IMG/VR virus record: IMGVR_UViG_3300034104_003611
Span: 1 to 52,994 of that record
Length of the DNA stretch: 52,994 bases
Direction: 5' to 3' (one strand)
DNA from: a virus
Lineage: Duplodnaviria; Caudoviricetes
The notes below the pieces were generated by a model, which ran no database searches, was not told the origin of the DNA, and saw nothing but the letters and a program-made list of their open reading frames with translations. This document shows, piece by piece, positions 9,084 through 19,010 of this stretch (positions are counted from its first letter, which is position 1; every line of letters starts with the position of its first letter). Position numbers and translations under genes: made by a program.

Positions 9084-11698
9084 TGAGCACTGAAATGAAC
9101 CTGATGCCCACCGAGGGGATGCGCGAGGAGGCGCTGCGCTACCGCGCATGGAAGGCGGAAGGCCGGAGCGGTGGAACTGAGGTCGCCGCACGCCGCGCCT
9201 CGCAGATCCTGTCTGGTGACGAGCTGAGCCCAGACACGGTGATCACCATGGCGGCCTGGTTCGCCCGGCACGAGAGCGACAAGAAGGCTGAAGGCTTCCG
9301 GCCTGGAGAGAAGGGCTACCCCTCCCCCGGCCGTGTCGCATGGGCCGCATGGGGTGGAGATCCCGGTCAAACATGGGCCACTGCGAAGGCTCAAACCATC
9401 AAAGATGCCGAAGATAGACTTATGACAACGTCCGATACGCCGACCGTGGAGAACGAAAAGGCCCCGGGCCAGCAGCTGAAGACTGGCGACTACGTGAGTT
9501 GGGGCAGCTCCGGCGGCACCGCTCGCGGCCGGATTGAGAAGATCATCCGTGAAGGCACCCTCAACGTGCCCGACTCCAGCTTTGAGATTGAGGCGACGGA
9601 GGATGACCCCGCCGCACTGATCCGCGTGTTCCAAGAAGGCGCAGACGGATGGGAGCCGAGCGACCGCCTGGTGGGCCACAAGCTATCCACCCTCTCCAAG
9701 ATTGAACCGCTCCGCGCTGCCGAGGAGGCCGAGGAGCCTGGCGAGGAAGATGACGAGGACGAGGAGCTAGAGGTGGAGGTGATCATCCCCTCCGGCCGCT
9801 CCCTGCCGCTCAAGGAGCTCCAGAAGCGCGGCAAAGGTGGCAACCTCATCCAGCGCCGCGAAGCCAGCGTCCAGATCCGCGCCGGTGAAGGCGATGAGAT
9901 GGAGTTCAGCTTCAGCTCTGAGCAGCCGGTGGAGCGGTACTTCGGCACCGAGATCCTCTCCCACGAGGCTGGTTCCGCCAACCTGGAGCGGCTCAACAAC
10001 GGCGCTCCCTTCCTGTGGAACCACGACCGCGATGCCGTGATCGGCGTGGTCCAGAGCGCACGGATGGGCGGTGACCGCCGTGGCTATTCCAAGGTCAAGT
10101 GGTCCCGCAACGCCATGGCGCAAGAGAAGCGCCAAGACGTGGCAGACGGCATCCTGCGCAACGTCTCCTTTGCCTACTCAATCGACGAAGTAGAGGAGCG
10201 TGGCGAGAACATCATCGTCACCAAATGGACTCCGCTGGAAGTGAGCCTGGTCTCAATTCCTGCGGATGCCAGCGTGGGCCTGGGACGTGCTCTCCAGGAA
10301 GGCGATAGCATGAGCGAAGAGGTCCCTGCTGTTCCGGCAGAGATCGCCACCGATTCCGACGCTCCCGTTGAGGGCGTGGCGGAAGAACCAGCGGCCACAG
10401 CCGCATCACCCACCCCTCAACCTAACTCTGAGGTTCCCATGGAGAACACCCCTGACGTGGAGGTGATCCGGTCGAAGGCCGCTGAGGCCGAGCGCACCCG
10501 TATCGCCCAGATTTCCGCCCTTGGCGAGAAGTTCGGCATGGCCGATCTGGCTCGTGAACTGATCGACGGCGGCAAAGATCTCACCGAAGCCCGCACTGCG
10601 ATCCTGGAGAAAATGGAAGCCCGTTCCAGCAAGTCCGCTGCTCACCGCATTGCTGAGCCCAAGGGTTCTGAAGTCGGCCTGAACGACAAGGAGACCCGCA
10701 GCTACAGCTTCCTGCGCGCCCTGAACTACCTCGCCAACCCCGGCGACAAGCAGGCCGCTGAAGCCGCTGCCTTTGAGCGTGAGGTGTCTGACGCCGCCGC
10801 CAAGGCATACGGCAAGCCCGCCAACGGCCTGATGGTGCCCAATGAGGTGCTCCGTCGTGACCTGACCGCCGGCACCAACTCCGCCGGTGGTTTCACCGTC
10901 GCCACCGACCTGCTGGCCGGCAGCTTCATTGAGCTGCTGCGCAACAAGCTGGCCCTGGCTCAGGTGGGCGCCACCATCCTCTCCGGCCTCCAGGGCAACA
11001 TTGCTATTCCCAAGCAGTCGGCAGCCTCAACTGCCTACTGGGTTGGTGAGGGCAACGCTCCCACCGAGAGCCAGCAGACCCTGGAGCAGGTCACCATGTC
11101 GCCCAAGACCGTGGGCGCCTACGTGGACTACTCCCGCCGCCTGCTGCTCCAGAGCTCCATCGACGTGGAGCAGATGGTGCGCAACGACCTCGCCCGCGTG
11201 ATCGCGCTCGAGATCGACCGTGCCGGCCTCTACGGCTCCGGTTCCTCCAACCAGCCCAAGGGCCTGATCAACCAGACCGGCATCAACACCGTCTCCCTGA
11301 CCAACTACGGCACCTTTGCTGAGCTGATCAGCATGGAGACCGAGGTGGCCAAGGACAACGCCGACGCCGGCTCGCTGTTCTACCTGATGAACGCTGCTGC
11401 CCGCGGCGCTCTGAAGTCCACTCCTAAGTCCGCCTCCGCCGTGGCCGCTGGCTTCGTGTACGAGGACGACGAGGTGAACGGCTACCCCGTGATCGTGTCC
11501 AACCAGCTCAGCCTGGATGACATCATCTTCGGTGCCTTTGATCAGATGATCATGGGCATGTGGAGCGGCCTGGACCTCACCCTGGACCCCTACGCTGGCG
11601 CCACCTCCGGCACCGTGCGCATCGTGGCTCTCCAGGACGTGGACTTCGCCATCAAGCAGGCTGGCGCCTTCTGCTACGGCACCGGCGCTCTCTCCTGA
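9083..11698 (+). CDS. Fused head polyprotein: N-terminal accessory domains, HK97-type prohead protease and major capsid protein
   Basis: Protease motifs FSFSSE, FLWNHD, VSFAY and EVSLVSIPADASVG; capsid motifs AYWVGEG, TMSPKTVGAYVDYSRRLLLQS and VNGYPVIVSNQ. Confidence 0.92.
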   Translation: MSTEMNLMPTEGMREEALRYRAWKAEGRSGGTEVAARRASQILSGDELSPDTVITMAAWFARHESDKKAEGFRPGEKGYPSPGRVAWAAWGGDPGQTWATAKAQTIKDAEDRLMTTSDTPTVENEKAPGQQLKTGDYVSWGSSGGTARGRIEKIIREGTLNVPDSSFEIEATEDDPAALIRVFQEGADGWEPSDRLVGHKLSTLSKIEPLRAAEEAEEPGEEDDEDEELEVEVIIPSGRSLPLKELQKRGKGGNLIQRREASVQIRAGEGDEMEFSFSSEQPVERYFGTEILSHEAGSANLERLNNGAPFLWNHDRDAVIGVVQSARMGGDRRGYSKVKWSRNAMAQEKRQDVADGILRNVSFAYSIDEVEERGENIIVTKWTPLEVSLVSIPADASVGLGRALQEGDSMSEEVPAVPAEIATDSDAPVEGVAEEPAATAASPTPQPNSEVPMENTPDVEVIRSKAAEAERTRIAQISALGEKFGMADLARELIDGGKDLTEARTAILEKMEARSSKSAAHRIAEPKGSEVGLNDKETRSYSFLRALNYLANPGDKQAAEAAAFEREVSDAAAKAYGKPANGLMVPNEVLRRDLTAGTNSAGGFTVATDLLAGSFIELLRNKLALAQVGATILSGLQGNIAIPKQSAASTAYWVGEGNAPTESQQTLEQVTMSPKTVGAYVDYSRRLLLQSSIDVEQMVRNDLARVIALEIDRAGLYGSGSSNQPKGLINQTGINTVSLTNYGTFAELISMETEVAKDNADAGSLFYLMNAAARGALKSTPKSASAVAAGFVYEDDEVNGYPVIVSNQLSLDDIIFGAFDQMIMGMWSGLDLTLDPYAGATSGTVRIVALQDVDFAIKQAGAFCYGTGALS

Positions 11699-11700
11699 GC

Positions 11701-12711
11701 ATGATCGCTGGGCTGATCAAGGCCAAGCGGAACTACAACCCCTCCCTGGTTTCGGCCGGGGAGGGCTTTCTGTTGGCGTACCGCTCTGAGGCCAAGGACT
11801 TCACCGTCAGCGAGATCGTGCTGGCGGAGCTGGACCGGGACATGAACGTGCTGAGCAATCAGCGGCTCAAGGTCCCCGGAGTGGAGGCGCATCATTCCCT
11901 GGAGGATCCCCGGCTGTTCTGGCACCGGGACCGGCTTCACATCGCCTTCAGCATCGCCCACTACGGCACCAAGCACGGCTGGCGGTGCGTGCAGGCTTAC
12001 GGCCGGCTGAGCAAGCGCAAGAACTGGACCCTGCCCAAGGTTCACGTCCCGTCCTATGGCGTGAATGACTGGAGCTCCAAGGAGAAAAACTGGACGTTTT
12101 TTGAGGCCGAAGGTGCGCTCCGCTGCATCTACGACATGGGCGCCTCCGGCTGGCGCGTCCTGGAGCTGGATGAAGACCGCGTGGTGGAGGAGTGGCGCCA
12201 CAACCCGGTGGCCTGGGCTCACGGCCGCATGTCCGGCGGCTCCCCCGCGGTGCCGTGGCGAGATCACCTCCTGACGGCCTTCCACTCCTGGGAGAAGCAC
12301 CAAGCCCGCAGCCGGGTGTATCACATGGCTTTCCTGGCCCTTGACGCCACCGCTCCGCACGCTCCCCGTCTCATCTCCCCGGGACCCGTCCTGACCGCTC
12401 AGGCGGAATGGGGCCGCCCCGCTGGTGAGAAGTGGGCACCGCTGTGTGTCTTCCCCGGTGGCCTGGAGGTTCAGGATGACCGTGCGCTGGTGGCCTACGG
12501 CCAGAATGACGTGAGCCTGGCGGTGGATGAGTTCACCATCCCCGAGCTGGTCCCGGTCCGCTCCCGTCCCACGCACCGCAATGAGATCCTGGTGCGCCTC
12601 ACCGGCTCCGTCCTGGTGAAGGGTCAGCCCGCGTATCCTGGGACTGAGGTGGCGCTGCTCCGCGCAGATGCTGCTGACCTGATTGCCCGGGGCAAGGCGG
12701 TGGCGCTGTGA
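11701..12711 (+). CDS. Five-bladed beta-propeller glycosidase/glycosyltransferase-like protein (GH130/GH43-clan-like) with a C-terminal small phage structural domain
   Basis: NYNPSL, LEDPRLF, EKNWTFF, GGSP, CVFPGGL and YGQND; last ~45 aa end in AADLIARGKAV. Confidence 0.6.
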   Translation: MIAGLIKAKRNYNPSLVSAGEGFLLAYRSEAKDFTVSEIVLAELDRDMNVLSNQRLKVPGVEAHHSLEDPRLFWHRDRLHIAFSIAHYGTKHGWRCVQAYGRLSKRKNWTLPKVHVPSYGVNDWSSKEKNWTFFEAEGALRCIYDMGASGWRVLELDEDRVVEEWRHNPVAWAHGRMSGGSPAVPWRDHLLTAFHSWEKHQARSRVYHMAFLALDATAPHAPRLISPGPVLTAQAEWGRPAGEKWAPLCVFPGGLEVQDDRALVAYGQNDVSLAVDEFTIPELVPVRSRPTHRNEILVRLTGSVLVKGQPAYPGTEVALLRADAADLIARGKAVAL

Positions 12712-12980
12712 ATGAAGATCTGAGCGTGTTCCTCAACGACTTTGGCGTGACCTGCACCGCCGGAGCTGTGACCGGCTTGGGCATCTTGGACATGCCGGGG
12801 CAGGTAATCGCTGACGGCATGGTGATCACCACCGACTACAGCTTGCTGGTCCGCACGGCGGATTTCGGCGGCTTGCTCTACGGCGACAGCATCACCGTCA
12901 ACGGCACGGCCTACACCGTCCGGGAGGCCCGGAAGCTGGATGACGGAGTGTTCTCGGAATTGCTGTTGCAGGCCCCGTAA
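12708..12980 (+). CDS. Head-tail joining protein (FII-like)
   Basis: Size and position; GDSITVNGTAYTVRE..DDG. Confidence 0.7.
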   Translation: MNEDLSVFLNDFGVTCTAGAVTGLGILDMPGQVIADGMVITTDYSLLVRTADFGGLLYGDSITVNGTAYTVREARKLDDGVFSELLLQAP

Positions 12981-13031
12981 CTCACGCCTTTGCCCGCGCT
13001 CTGGCCCCTCCCCCGCCGCTAATCTGCTGCC

Positions 13032-13457
13032 ATGGCTACCCGACGCGAAACCATCCTGGCGGCAGTCCGCACGGCGCTGATTGGCACCGCTGGCGTGGGC
13101 ACGCGCATTTACCGCTCCCGGGTGGAGCCGGTGGCCCGGGCCGAGTCCCCCGCCGTGGTGGTGGAACCGCTGACGGATGAGGCGGACAACTCCGTGGTGC
13201 CCAAGCTGGATTGGCGGCTGATTGTCCGGATTGCGGTGATTGTCCGCGGCGTGGTCCCGGATCAGCAGGCGGATCCTGTTGTAGAGGACATCCACAAGAA
13301 GTTGCTGAGTGACGCCACGCTCACCGGGATGGTGACTGAAATAGTCCCTGTGCGCGTGACCTTCGATAGCATGGATGCAGACCAGCCGGCGGGCGTGGTG
13401 TTGATGGATTATTCCATCCGCTACCGCACCCAAGCGGCCGACCTCTCACTGACTTGA
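13032..13457 (+). CDS. Tail terminator protein (gpU-like)
   Basis: Upstream of the tail tube gene; TRRETILAAV..RIYRSR..YSIRYRT. Confidence 0.7.
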   Translation: MATRRETILAAVRTALIGTAGVGTRIYRSRVEPVARAESPAVVVEPLTDEADNSVVPKLDWRLIVRIAVIVRGVVPDQQADPVVEDIHKKLLSDATLTGMVTEIVPVRVTFDSMDADQPAGVVLMDYSIRYRTQAADLSLT

Positions 13458-13465
13458 GGCGTAGC

Positions 13466-13666
13466 ATGGTGGACGAACATCACGGCAAGGGCGGCACCTA
13501 TACGGTCAACCCCAAGTCTGGCAAGCGCGAGCTGGTGGAAGGATCCCGCACGGAACCCGCCCCCGCTCAAGCAGTGCTGGAGGAGGAGGCCGCACCGGCC
13601 GCTGCCCCCAAGGCCGCCCAACCCAAGGCTCCAGAGCCTGCCCCCAACACCTCCACCGAGTCTTGA
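13466..13666 (+). CDS. Small hypothetical tail-region protein
   Basis: Fills the gap between terminator and tube genes; Pro/Ala-rich tail. Confidence 0.55.
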   Translation: MVDEHHGKGGTYTVNPKSGKRELVEGSRTEPAPAQAVLEEEAAPAAAPKAAQPKAPEPAPNTSTES

Positions 13667-13677
13667 GGTAACCGGCG

Positions 13678-14625
13678 ATGCCCCTCCTCTATAACAAGCG
13701 AGCTCTACTCGCCAAAACCGAGACCGTCTACGGTACGGACCCCACCCCCACCGGCGCGTCCAACGCGATCCTGGTGCGCAACCTGGAGATCCAGCCGATT
13801 GACGCTGAGCAGGTCAGCCGTGACCTGGTGCGTCCCTACCTGGGTGCCAGCGACATTCTGATCTCCAACGTCCGCAGCCGTGTCACCTTCGAGGTGGAGA
13901 TGGCTGGGTCGGGGACTGCCGGAACCGCTCCCAAGTACGGCCCCATCCTGAAGGCTTGCGGAATGGCGGAGACCATCACCGCCAGCACCAAGGTCACCTA
14001 CACCCCGGTGTCGGAGTCCTTCAGCTCCTGCACCATCTACGTCAACGTGGATGGCGTGAACCACAAGATCACCGGTTGCCGCGGCACGGTGAGCCTGAGC
14101 ATGGCCGTGGGTCAGATCCCCGTCTATCAGTTCGAGCTGATGGGCGTGTACAACGGCCCCACCGACGTGAGCTTCTCGACCGTCTCCGCCAGCTACAGCG
14201 GCTTCCAGAACCCCCTGGTGTTCAACAATACCAACAGCTCCGCTTTCCAGTTCCACAGCTACGCAGCGGAGCTGCAAAGCCTGGAGCTGCAGGTGGGCAT
14301 GGACATGGTGTACCGGGAGCTGGTCGGCAACACCAAGGAGGTGCTGCTCACCGACCGCGCCACCACTGGCACCGTCCAGTTTGATGCGGTGCTGATGGCC
14401 ACCAAGAACTACTTCACGGCCGCCACCACCTCCGCCACCGGCAACTGCACCGTCACGCACGGCCTCGCCGCCGGCAACACGGTGAAGCTCACCGTACCGC
14501 GGGCTAACATCACGACCGTCAACTACGTCGAGCAGAACCGGGTGACCCAATACACCATCCCGTTCACTGCGCTCCCGTCCAACAACGGAACGGGTGACGA
14601 CGAGTTCAGCATTGAGGTCTTCTAA
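13678..14625 (+). CDS. Major tail tube protein
   Basis: LLAKTETVYGTDPTP N-terminus and HKITGCRG; Thr/Ser-rich; GAGG ribosome-binding site; precedes the chaperone/TMP block. Confidence 0.82.
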   Translation: MPLLYNKRALLAKTETVYGTDPTPTGASNAILVRNLEIQPIDAEQVSRDLVRPYLGASDILISNVRSRVTFEVEMAGSGTAGTAPKYGPILKACGMAETITASTKVTYTPVSESFSSCTIYVNVDGVNHKITGCRGTVSLSMAVGQIPVYQFELMGVYNGPTDVSFSTVSASYSGFQNPLVFNNTNSSAFQFHSYAAELQSLELQVGMDMVYRELVGNTKEVLLTDRATTGTVQFDAVLMATKNYFTAATTSATGNCTVTHGLAAGNTVKLTVPRANITTVNYVEQNRVTQYTIPFTALPSNNGTGDDEFSIEVF

Positions 14626-14969
14626 TGCCCTTCGTTCTGTCCCAGAGCGACTCCTACACCTGGCCGGTCGCCGTTGAGTTCCCCATCGACGGCGGCCGGT
14701 TTGAAAAGCAAACCTTTGACGCTCAGTTCAAGAGGATTTCCCAGCCCCGCATCCGCGAGATCTGGGACCTCATCCAGACCGGCGAGCTGGGCGATGACGA
14801 CCTGTGCCATGAGGTGCTGGTCGGCTGGAGCGGCATCCAGGACGGCAAGGGCGGTGAAGTCCCCTACAGCGAGAAGGCCAAGACCGACTTGCTGGGCGTC
14901 CCGCTCGTTGCCAGTGCCCTGGTCACGGCCTGGTTGGACAGTCTGAACAAGGGCAAGCGAAAAAACTAA
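14625..14969 (+). CDS. Tail assembly chaperone (gpG-like)
   Basis: Position; LVGWSGIQD..EVPYS; ends in the slippery heptamer A AAA AAC then TAA. Confidence 0.85.
   Translation: MPFVLSQSDSYTWPVAVEFPIDGGRFEKQTFDAQFKRISQPRIREIWDLIQTGELGDDDLCHEVLVGWSGIQDGKGGEVPYSEKAKTDLLGVPLVASALVTAWLDSLNKGKRKN
14960..14966 (+). other. Programmed -1 frameshift site AAAAAAC
   Basis: In-frame X XXY YYZ heptamer; the -1 frame is open (LTEAAEHWVGGRVEDQ...) and joins ORF 15032-15283. Confidence 0.88.
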
Positions 14970-15283
14970 CCGAGGCCGCTGAACACTGGGTCGGCGGCAG
15001 GGTAGAGGATCAGACGGCGGAAGACCTGGCGGTGTTCGGCATCCAGGTTGACCTCCCGGGCTCAGATGAGTTTGAGGTCTGGCCGGAAAACTGGGATGCG
15101 GTGGTCATGTGGAGCCGCATCCAAACCCAGTGGAGAGTGGGCGCCGCGGGAGCGATTGGCCTGGATTACTCCGTGCTGGCGTGGCTCTTTAGGATGTACG
15201 AAGTAGAGGACCCGCGCTCACTGCTGGAAGACCTTCAGGTCATGGAAGGCGCGGCGCTGGTGGCCATGAACAAGGACGACTGA
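14966..15283 (+). CDS. gpT-like frameshift extension of the tail chaperone (DUF1799-like)
   Basis: EVWPENWDAV..TQWR..GLDY..LQVMEGAAL. Confidence 0.82.
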   Translation, partial: LTEAAEHWVGGRVEDQTAEDLAVFGIQVDLPGSDEFEVWPENWDAVVMWSRIQTQWRVGAAGAIGLDYSVLAWLFRMYEVEDPRSLLEDLQVMEGAALVAMNKDD

Positions 15284-15288
15284 GACCC

Positions 15289-18200
15289 ATGGCTCTGAAC
15301 TTCCCCGCGGCACTCAGGATCAACGCTGAGGTTCAAGGCAGCCAGAACCTCAGCGCCCTGGCGCGGTCCCTTCAGAGCCTCTCCGCTACGTCCAAGGTCG
15401 CCGAACGGGACCTGGACAAGATCTACAACGAGACCCGGAAGCTGAGCCAGGCGGCCGGCAACTCCATCTCCAGCATCAACAATCAGATCAAGGCGCTTCA
15501 GGCGCTCCGGAATGAGGCTGTCATCGGCAGCCGGCAGTTCAACTTCTACACCCAGCAGCTAAAGGGCCTGGATGCCCAGCTGGCCAAGGTCAACGCCCCC
15601 ACCGGCGGAGGTGGCGGCGGTGGCGGCTTCATGGCCCTGGCGGGCGGCCTCAAGGGCCTGGCGGGCCTGGCGCTGGCCGGCGGCACGTTGCAGATCGTCC
15701 GCGGGATTTCAGATGCCGGCATGGAGGCGGAGTCGGCGCAGGTCCGGCTGAAGGCGCTGACGGACACCTACGGCGAGTACAACGCCGCAATGCAGACGGC
15801 GGAGCGCGTCCAACGGACCCTGCGGCTGGGCACGACTGAGGCCACTGACGGATTCGCCAAGCTCTACGCCGGCCTCCGCCCCACCGGCGTGAGCCTCAAG
15901 GAGATTGAGACCATCATGGTCGGCTTCGGCGCTGCGGCCCGCTCCAGCGGCGCCACGGCGCAAGAGACCGCCTCGGCCATGATCCAGCTGAAGCAGTCGC
16001 TGGTGTCCGGCCGGGCACAGGGCGACGAGCTCCGCTCCCTGTTGGAAAACGCCCCTGCCCTGGGTCAGGCGGTGGCGGAGCAGATGACCAAGATGGGCAC
16101 CTTCGGCAAGGTGACCCGGATGCAGCTCAAGGAGCTGGGCTCGGAGGGCAAGATCAGCACCGACGTGCTGATTGAGGCGCTGAAGCAGCTGGGCGAAACG
16201 GAGCTGCCCAAGCTCAACAAGTCCTTTGATACCGGCCAGCAGGCCGTCACGGACTTTCAGAACGCCACCAAGGATCTCTACATCGAGATCAGCAAGCTGT
16301 TTGGCCCCACGGTGATCGCGGGCCTGAAGGGTCTGACGGCATTGCTCAAGGGCGGGGCCGATGCGTTGAAGGGATTCAACAAGCAAAACGACAGCATCAA
16401 CCGCGCCAAGGAACAGGCTGCCAAGGAGACCCGCGAGAAGTTCCCCGGCCTGGAAGGGCAATTCCCTGTGACGCCCCGTGCGTCTGACTTCTATTGGACG
16501 CGCTCGCACCAGATCTTTGAAGAGAACAAGAGGGCGGAGGCGGACAAGCCGAACGCCGACCAGCTGAAGGCGCAGCGGGATGCGGAGGCAGAGCGCGAGG
16601 CAGCCCGGGCGGCAGCCCGCAAGCAGGCCATGGCGGATGAGGTCAAGATCCGCCAGGACGCCGAGGAGCGGCTCGCTGATGCTGCGGAGAACCATGCCCG
16701 GGAGCTGGCGGAGTTCCGCAAGCAGACCGCCAAGCAGGCCGCTGACATGGAGCGCGACCTGGGTGATCAGCGGCTCCAGATGGAGCGGAGCATTGGGGAG
16801 GCCCGTCGCCGGATCGCCGCCACCGAGAAGGACATGGCGCTGGAGAGCGAGAAGCAGCGCCGCGCAGCTCTGGGCCTGAGCACCGAGGCCATTGACTTCC
16901 AAAAGCAGCTCAACGATCAGACCCGCCGGTTCACGGAGGAGAACATCAAGATTGAGCAGCAGGCCAGTGACCGGAGCCGGGACCTGGCCCGCAAGCTGGA
17001 GGAGTTCAAGCTCCAGGTGTCGGACGGCATCGGACGGATACAGGAGGGCTACGCCCGCAAGGTCTCGGACATTCTCCAGGACGCCGGCAAGAAGCTGGCC
17101 GCCAGCATGGAGAAAGGCGCCAGCAACGCCGCGGCCACTCTCTCCTCCGCCGGCCCCGGCACCGCCACCCAGGGATCCGTCCCGGCCGGAACCCTCGGCA
17201 CCGAGAAGCTGGTCCAGCTGGCCCGCTCCGCCGGCTTCAATTCCAATGACGCCGCGATCATGGCCGCCATCGCTATGGCGGAATCGGGCGGACGCTCCAG
17301 CGCCCACAACAACAACGCCGCCACTGGCGACAACAGCTACGGCCTGTGGCAGATCAACATGCTGGGCGGCATGGGTCCGGAGCGGCGTCGGCAGTTTGGA
17401 ATCAACAGCGACCTTGAGCTGTTTGACCCCGCCACCAACGCCAACGCCGCCAAGGCCGTCTTCGGCTCTCAGGGCTTTGGTGCCTGGTCCGTCTACAAGT
17501 CTGGCGCCTACAAGCAGTACCTGCCTGCCGCGCAGGCGGCTGCGGCCGCCGGTGCCGCCTCCGGCACCCCATACCGCGTGGGCGACACCATCCCCGAATC
17601 CGCCACCCGCGCTCCTGCCCCGGGCAGCTTTAGCGGTGAGGCGGCCGGGATCATCGGCAGGCTCACCGGAGCGGTGGACAAGACGAAGGAGCTCAGTGAG
17701 ACCGACAAGCGGGCGCAGCAAGAAGCCAACATCAACCAGCTCATCGCTGACCGGCAATCGGCGCTCACCCAGGTCACGTCCCAACTGGACGGCCAAACCA
17801 AGAGCATTGGCGACCAGCTCCGCGACCAGACCCGGCTTGGCGAGCTGATCCGCTCCGGTATCAACCCGGAGGTAGCCAAGGCACGCGTGGATGCGGAGAG
17901 CACGGCACGCACGGAGCTGGGCAAGCTGAACGTGCTCCGGGATCAGCTGACCCTGGATCTTCAGGGCAACACCCTGACGGAGGAGCAGCGCATCAAGATT
18001 GAGAAGATCCTGGCCGACACCATCCAGCGCCAGCAGGCGCAGAAGGGCATCGTGGATGGCGTGGCGCAGGAGACCCAGAAGCTGCAGCAGCTCACCGAGG
18101 CCCAGCAGCGGGCCAAGGCGCTGGCAGACGGCATCGCGGGAGCCATCGGTAACGGCCTCGGCTCCGCCATGGACGTGCTGATCAACGGCACGGAGAACTG

Positions 18201-18663
18201 GGGCAAGAGCCTCCGGGAGATCGGCGCCACCGTCCTGAAGGACATTGCCCGCCAGGTCTTGCAGATCATGGTCATCCAGCCCATCGTGAAGGGCATCTCG
18301 GCTGGCCTGGGCGGCCTCTTCAAGTTTGAGGACGGCGGCATCATGACCGCCGGTGGCCCGGTTCCGCTGCGCAAGTACGCATCCGGCGGCATTGCCAACA
18401 GCCCCCAGCTGGCGCTCTACGGCGAGGGCAGCCAGCCGGAGGCTTATGTCCCCCTCCCGGATGGTCGCCGGATCCCCGTAGCCATGAGCGGCAAGGGCGC
18501 CGGCGGCAGCAGCACCAACGTCACGGTGAACGTGGACGCCTCCGGCAACTCCCAGGTGAGTGGGAATGCCGGACAGGCGGACGCGCTGGGCCGTGCCGTC
18601 TCCCAGGCCGTGCAGAATGAGATCCTCCGCCAGAAGCGTCCTGGCGGCTTGCTGGCAGCCTGA
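15289..18663 (+). CDS. Tape measure protein with an internal lytic transglycosylase-like domain
   Basis: Tape-measure motif QLKQSLVSGRAQGDELRSLLE; long helical regions; AIAMAESGG..SYGLWQIN; C-terminal GEGSQPEAYVPL. Confidence 0.93.
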   Translation: MALNFPAALRINAEVQGSQNLSALARSLQSLSATSKVAERDLDKIYNETRKLSQAAGNSISSINNQIKALQALRNEAVIGSRQFNFYTQQLKGLDAQLAKVNAPTGGGGGGGGFMALAGGLKGLAGLALAGGTLQIVRGISDAGMEAESAQVRLKALTDTYGEYNAAMQTAERVQRTLRLGTTEATDGFAKLYAGLRPTGVSLKEIETIMVGFGAAARSSGATAQETASAMIQLKQSLVSGRAQGDELRSLLENAPALGQAVAEQMTKMGTFGKVTRMQLKELGSEGKISTDVLIEALKQLGETELPKLNKSFDTGQQAVTDFQNATKDLYIEISKLFGPTVIAGLKGLTALLKGGADALKGFNKQNDSINRAKEQAAKETREKFPGLEGQFPVTPRASDFYWTRSHQIFEENKRAEADKPNADQLKAQRDAEAEREAARAAARKQAMADEVKIRQDAEERLADAAENHARELAEFRKQTAKQAADMERDLGDQRLQMERSIGEARRRIAATEKDMALESEKQRRAALGLSTEAIDFQKQLNDQTRRFTEENIKIEQQASDRSRDLARKLEEFKLQVSDGIGRIQEGYARKVSDILQDAGKKLAASMEKGASNAAATLSSAGPGTATQGSVPAGTLGTEKLVQLARSAGFNSNDAAIMAAIAMAESGGRSSAHNNNAATGDNSYGLWQINMLGGMGPERRRQFGINSDLELFDPATNANAAKAVFGSQGFGAWSVYKSGAYKQYLPAAQAAAAAGAASGTPYRVGDTIPESATRAPAPGSFSGEAAGIIGRLTGAVDKTKELSETDKRAQQEANINQLIADRQSALTQVTSQLDGQTKSIGDQLRDQTRLGELIRSGINPEVAKARVDAESTARTELGKLNVLRDQLTLDLQGNTLTEEQRIKIEKILADTIQRQQAQKGIVDGVAQETQKLQQLTEAQQRAKALADGIAGAIGNGLGSAMDVLINGTENWGKSLREIGATVLKDIARQVLQIMVIQPIVKGISAGLGGLFKFEDGGIMTAGGPVPLRKYASGGIANSPQLALYGEGSQPEAYVPLPDGRRIPVAMSGKGAGGSSTNVTVNVDASGNSQVSGNAGQADALGRAVSQAVQNEILRQKRPGGLLAA

Positions 18664-18665
18664 TC

Positions 18666-19010
18666 ATGGCCACCTTCACCTACGTCCCCGAGTATCCGCC
18701 CACGGAGGTCAGCAAGCCCCGGGTGCGCAAAGTGCAGTTCGGTGACGGCTACGAGCAGCGGATCCGCTTTGGCCTGAACACTGACCTGAAGACCTGGCAG
18801 CTGACCTTCAAGGCCCGGGATGACGCCGAAACCACCGGCATCCGCAACTTCCTCCAGGCCCGGGCCGGCGTGGAGTCATTCACCTGGACCCCGCCGCTGT
18901 GGAGTGCGGTGGCGGGCCAGTACGTCTGTGATGAATGGCAGATCACGGCTGACGCCTACAACCTCAACACCATCACCGCCACCTTCCGGCAAGTGGCTGA
19001 GGCGGGCTGA
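18666..19010 (+). CDS. Minor tail protein M (distal tail)
   Basis: VQFGDGYEQR..GLN and FLQARAGVESFTWTPP. Confidence 0.9.
   Translation: MATFTYVPEYPPTEVSKPRVRKVQFGDGYEQRIRFGLNTDLKTWQLTFKARDDAETTGIRNFLQARAGVESFTWTPPLWSAVAGQYVCDEWQITADAYNLNTITATFRQVAEAG

Noticed and set aside
15709-17796. Long antisense ORFs (also 22669-24111, 2835-4130, 29375-30466 and others)
   Set aside because: Shadow frames of high-GC genes with no recognisable motifs.
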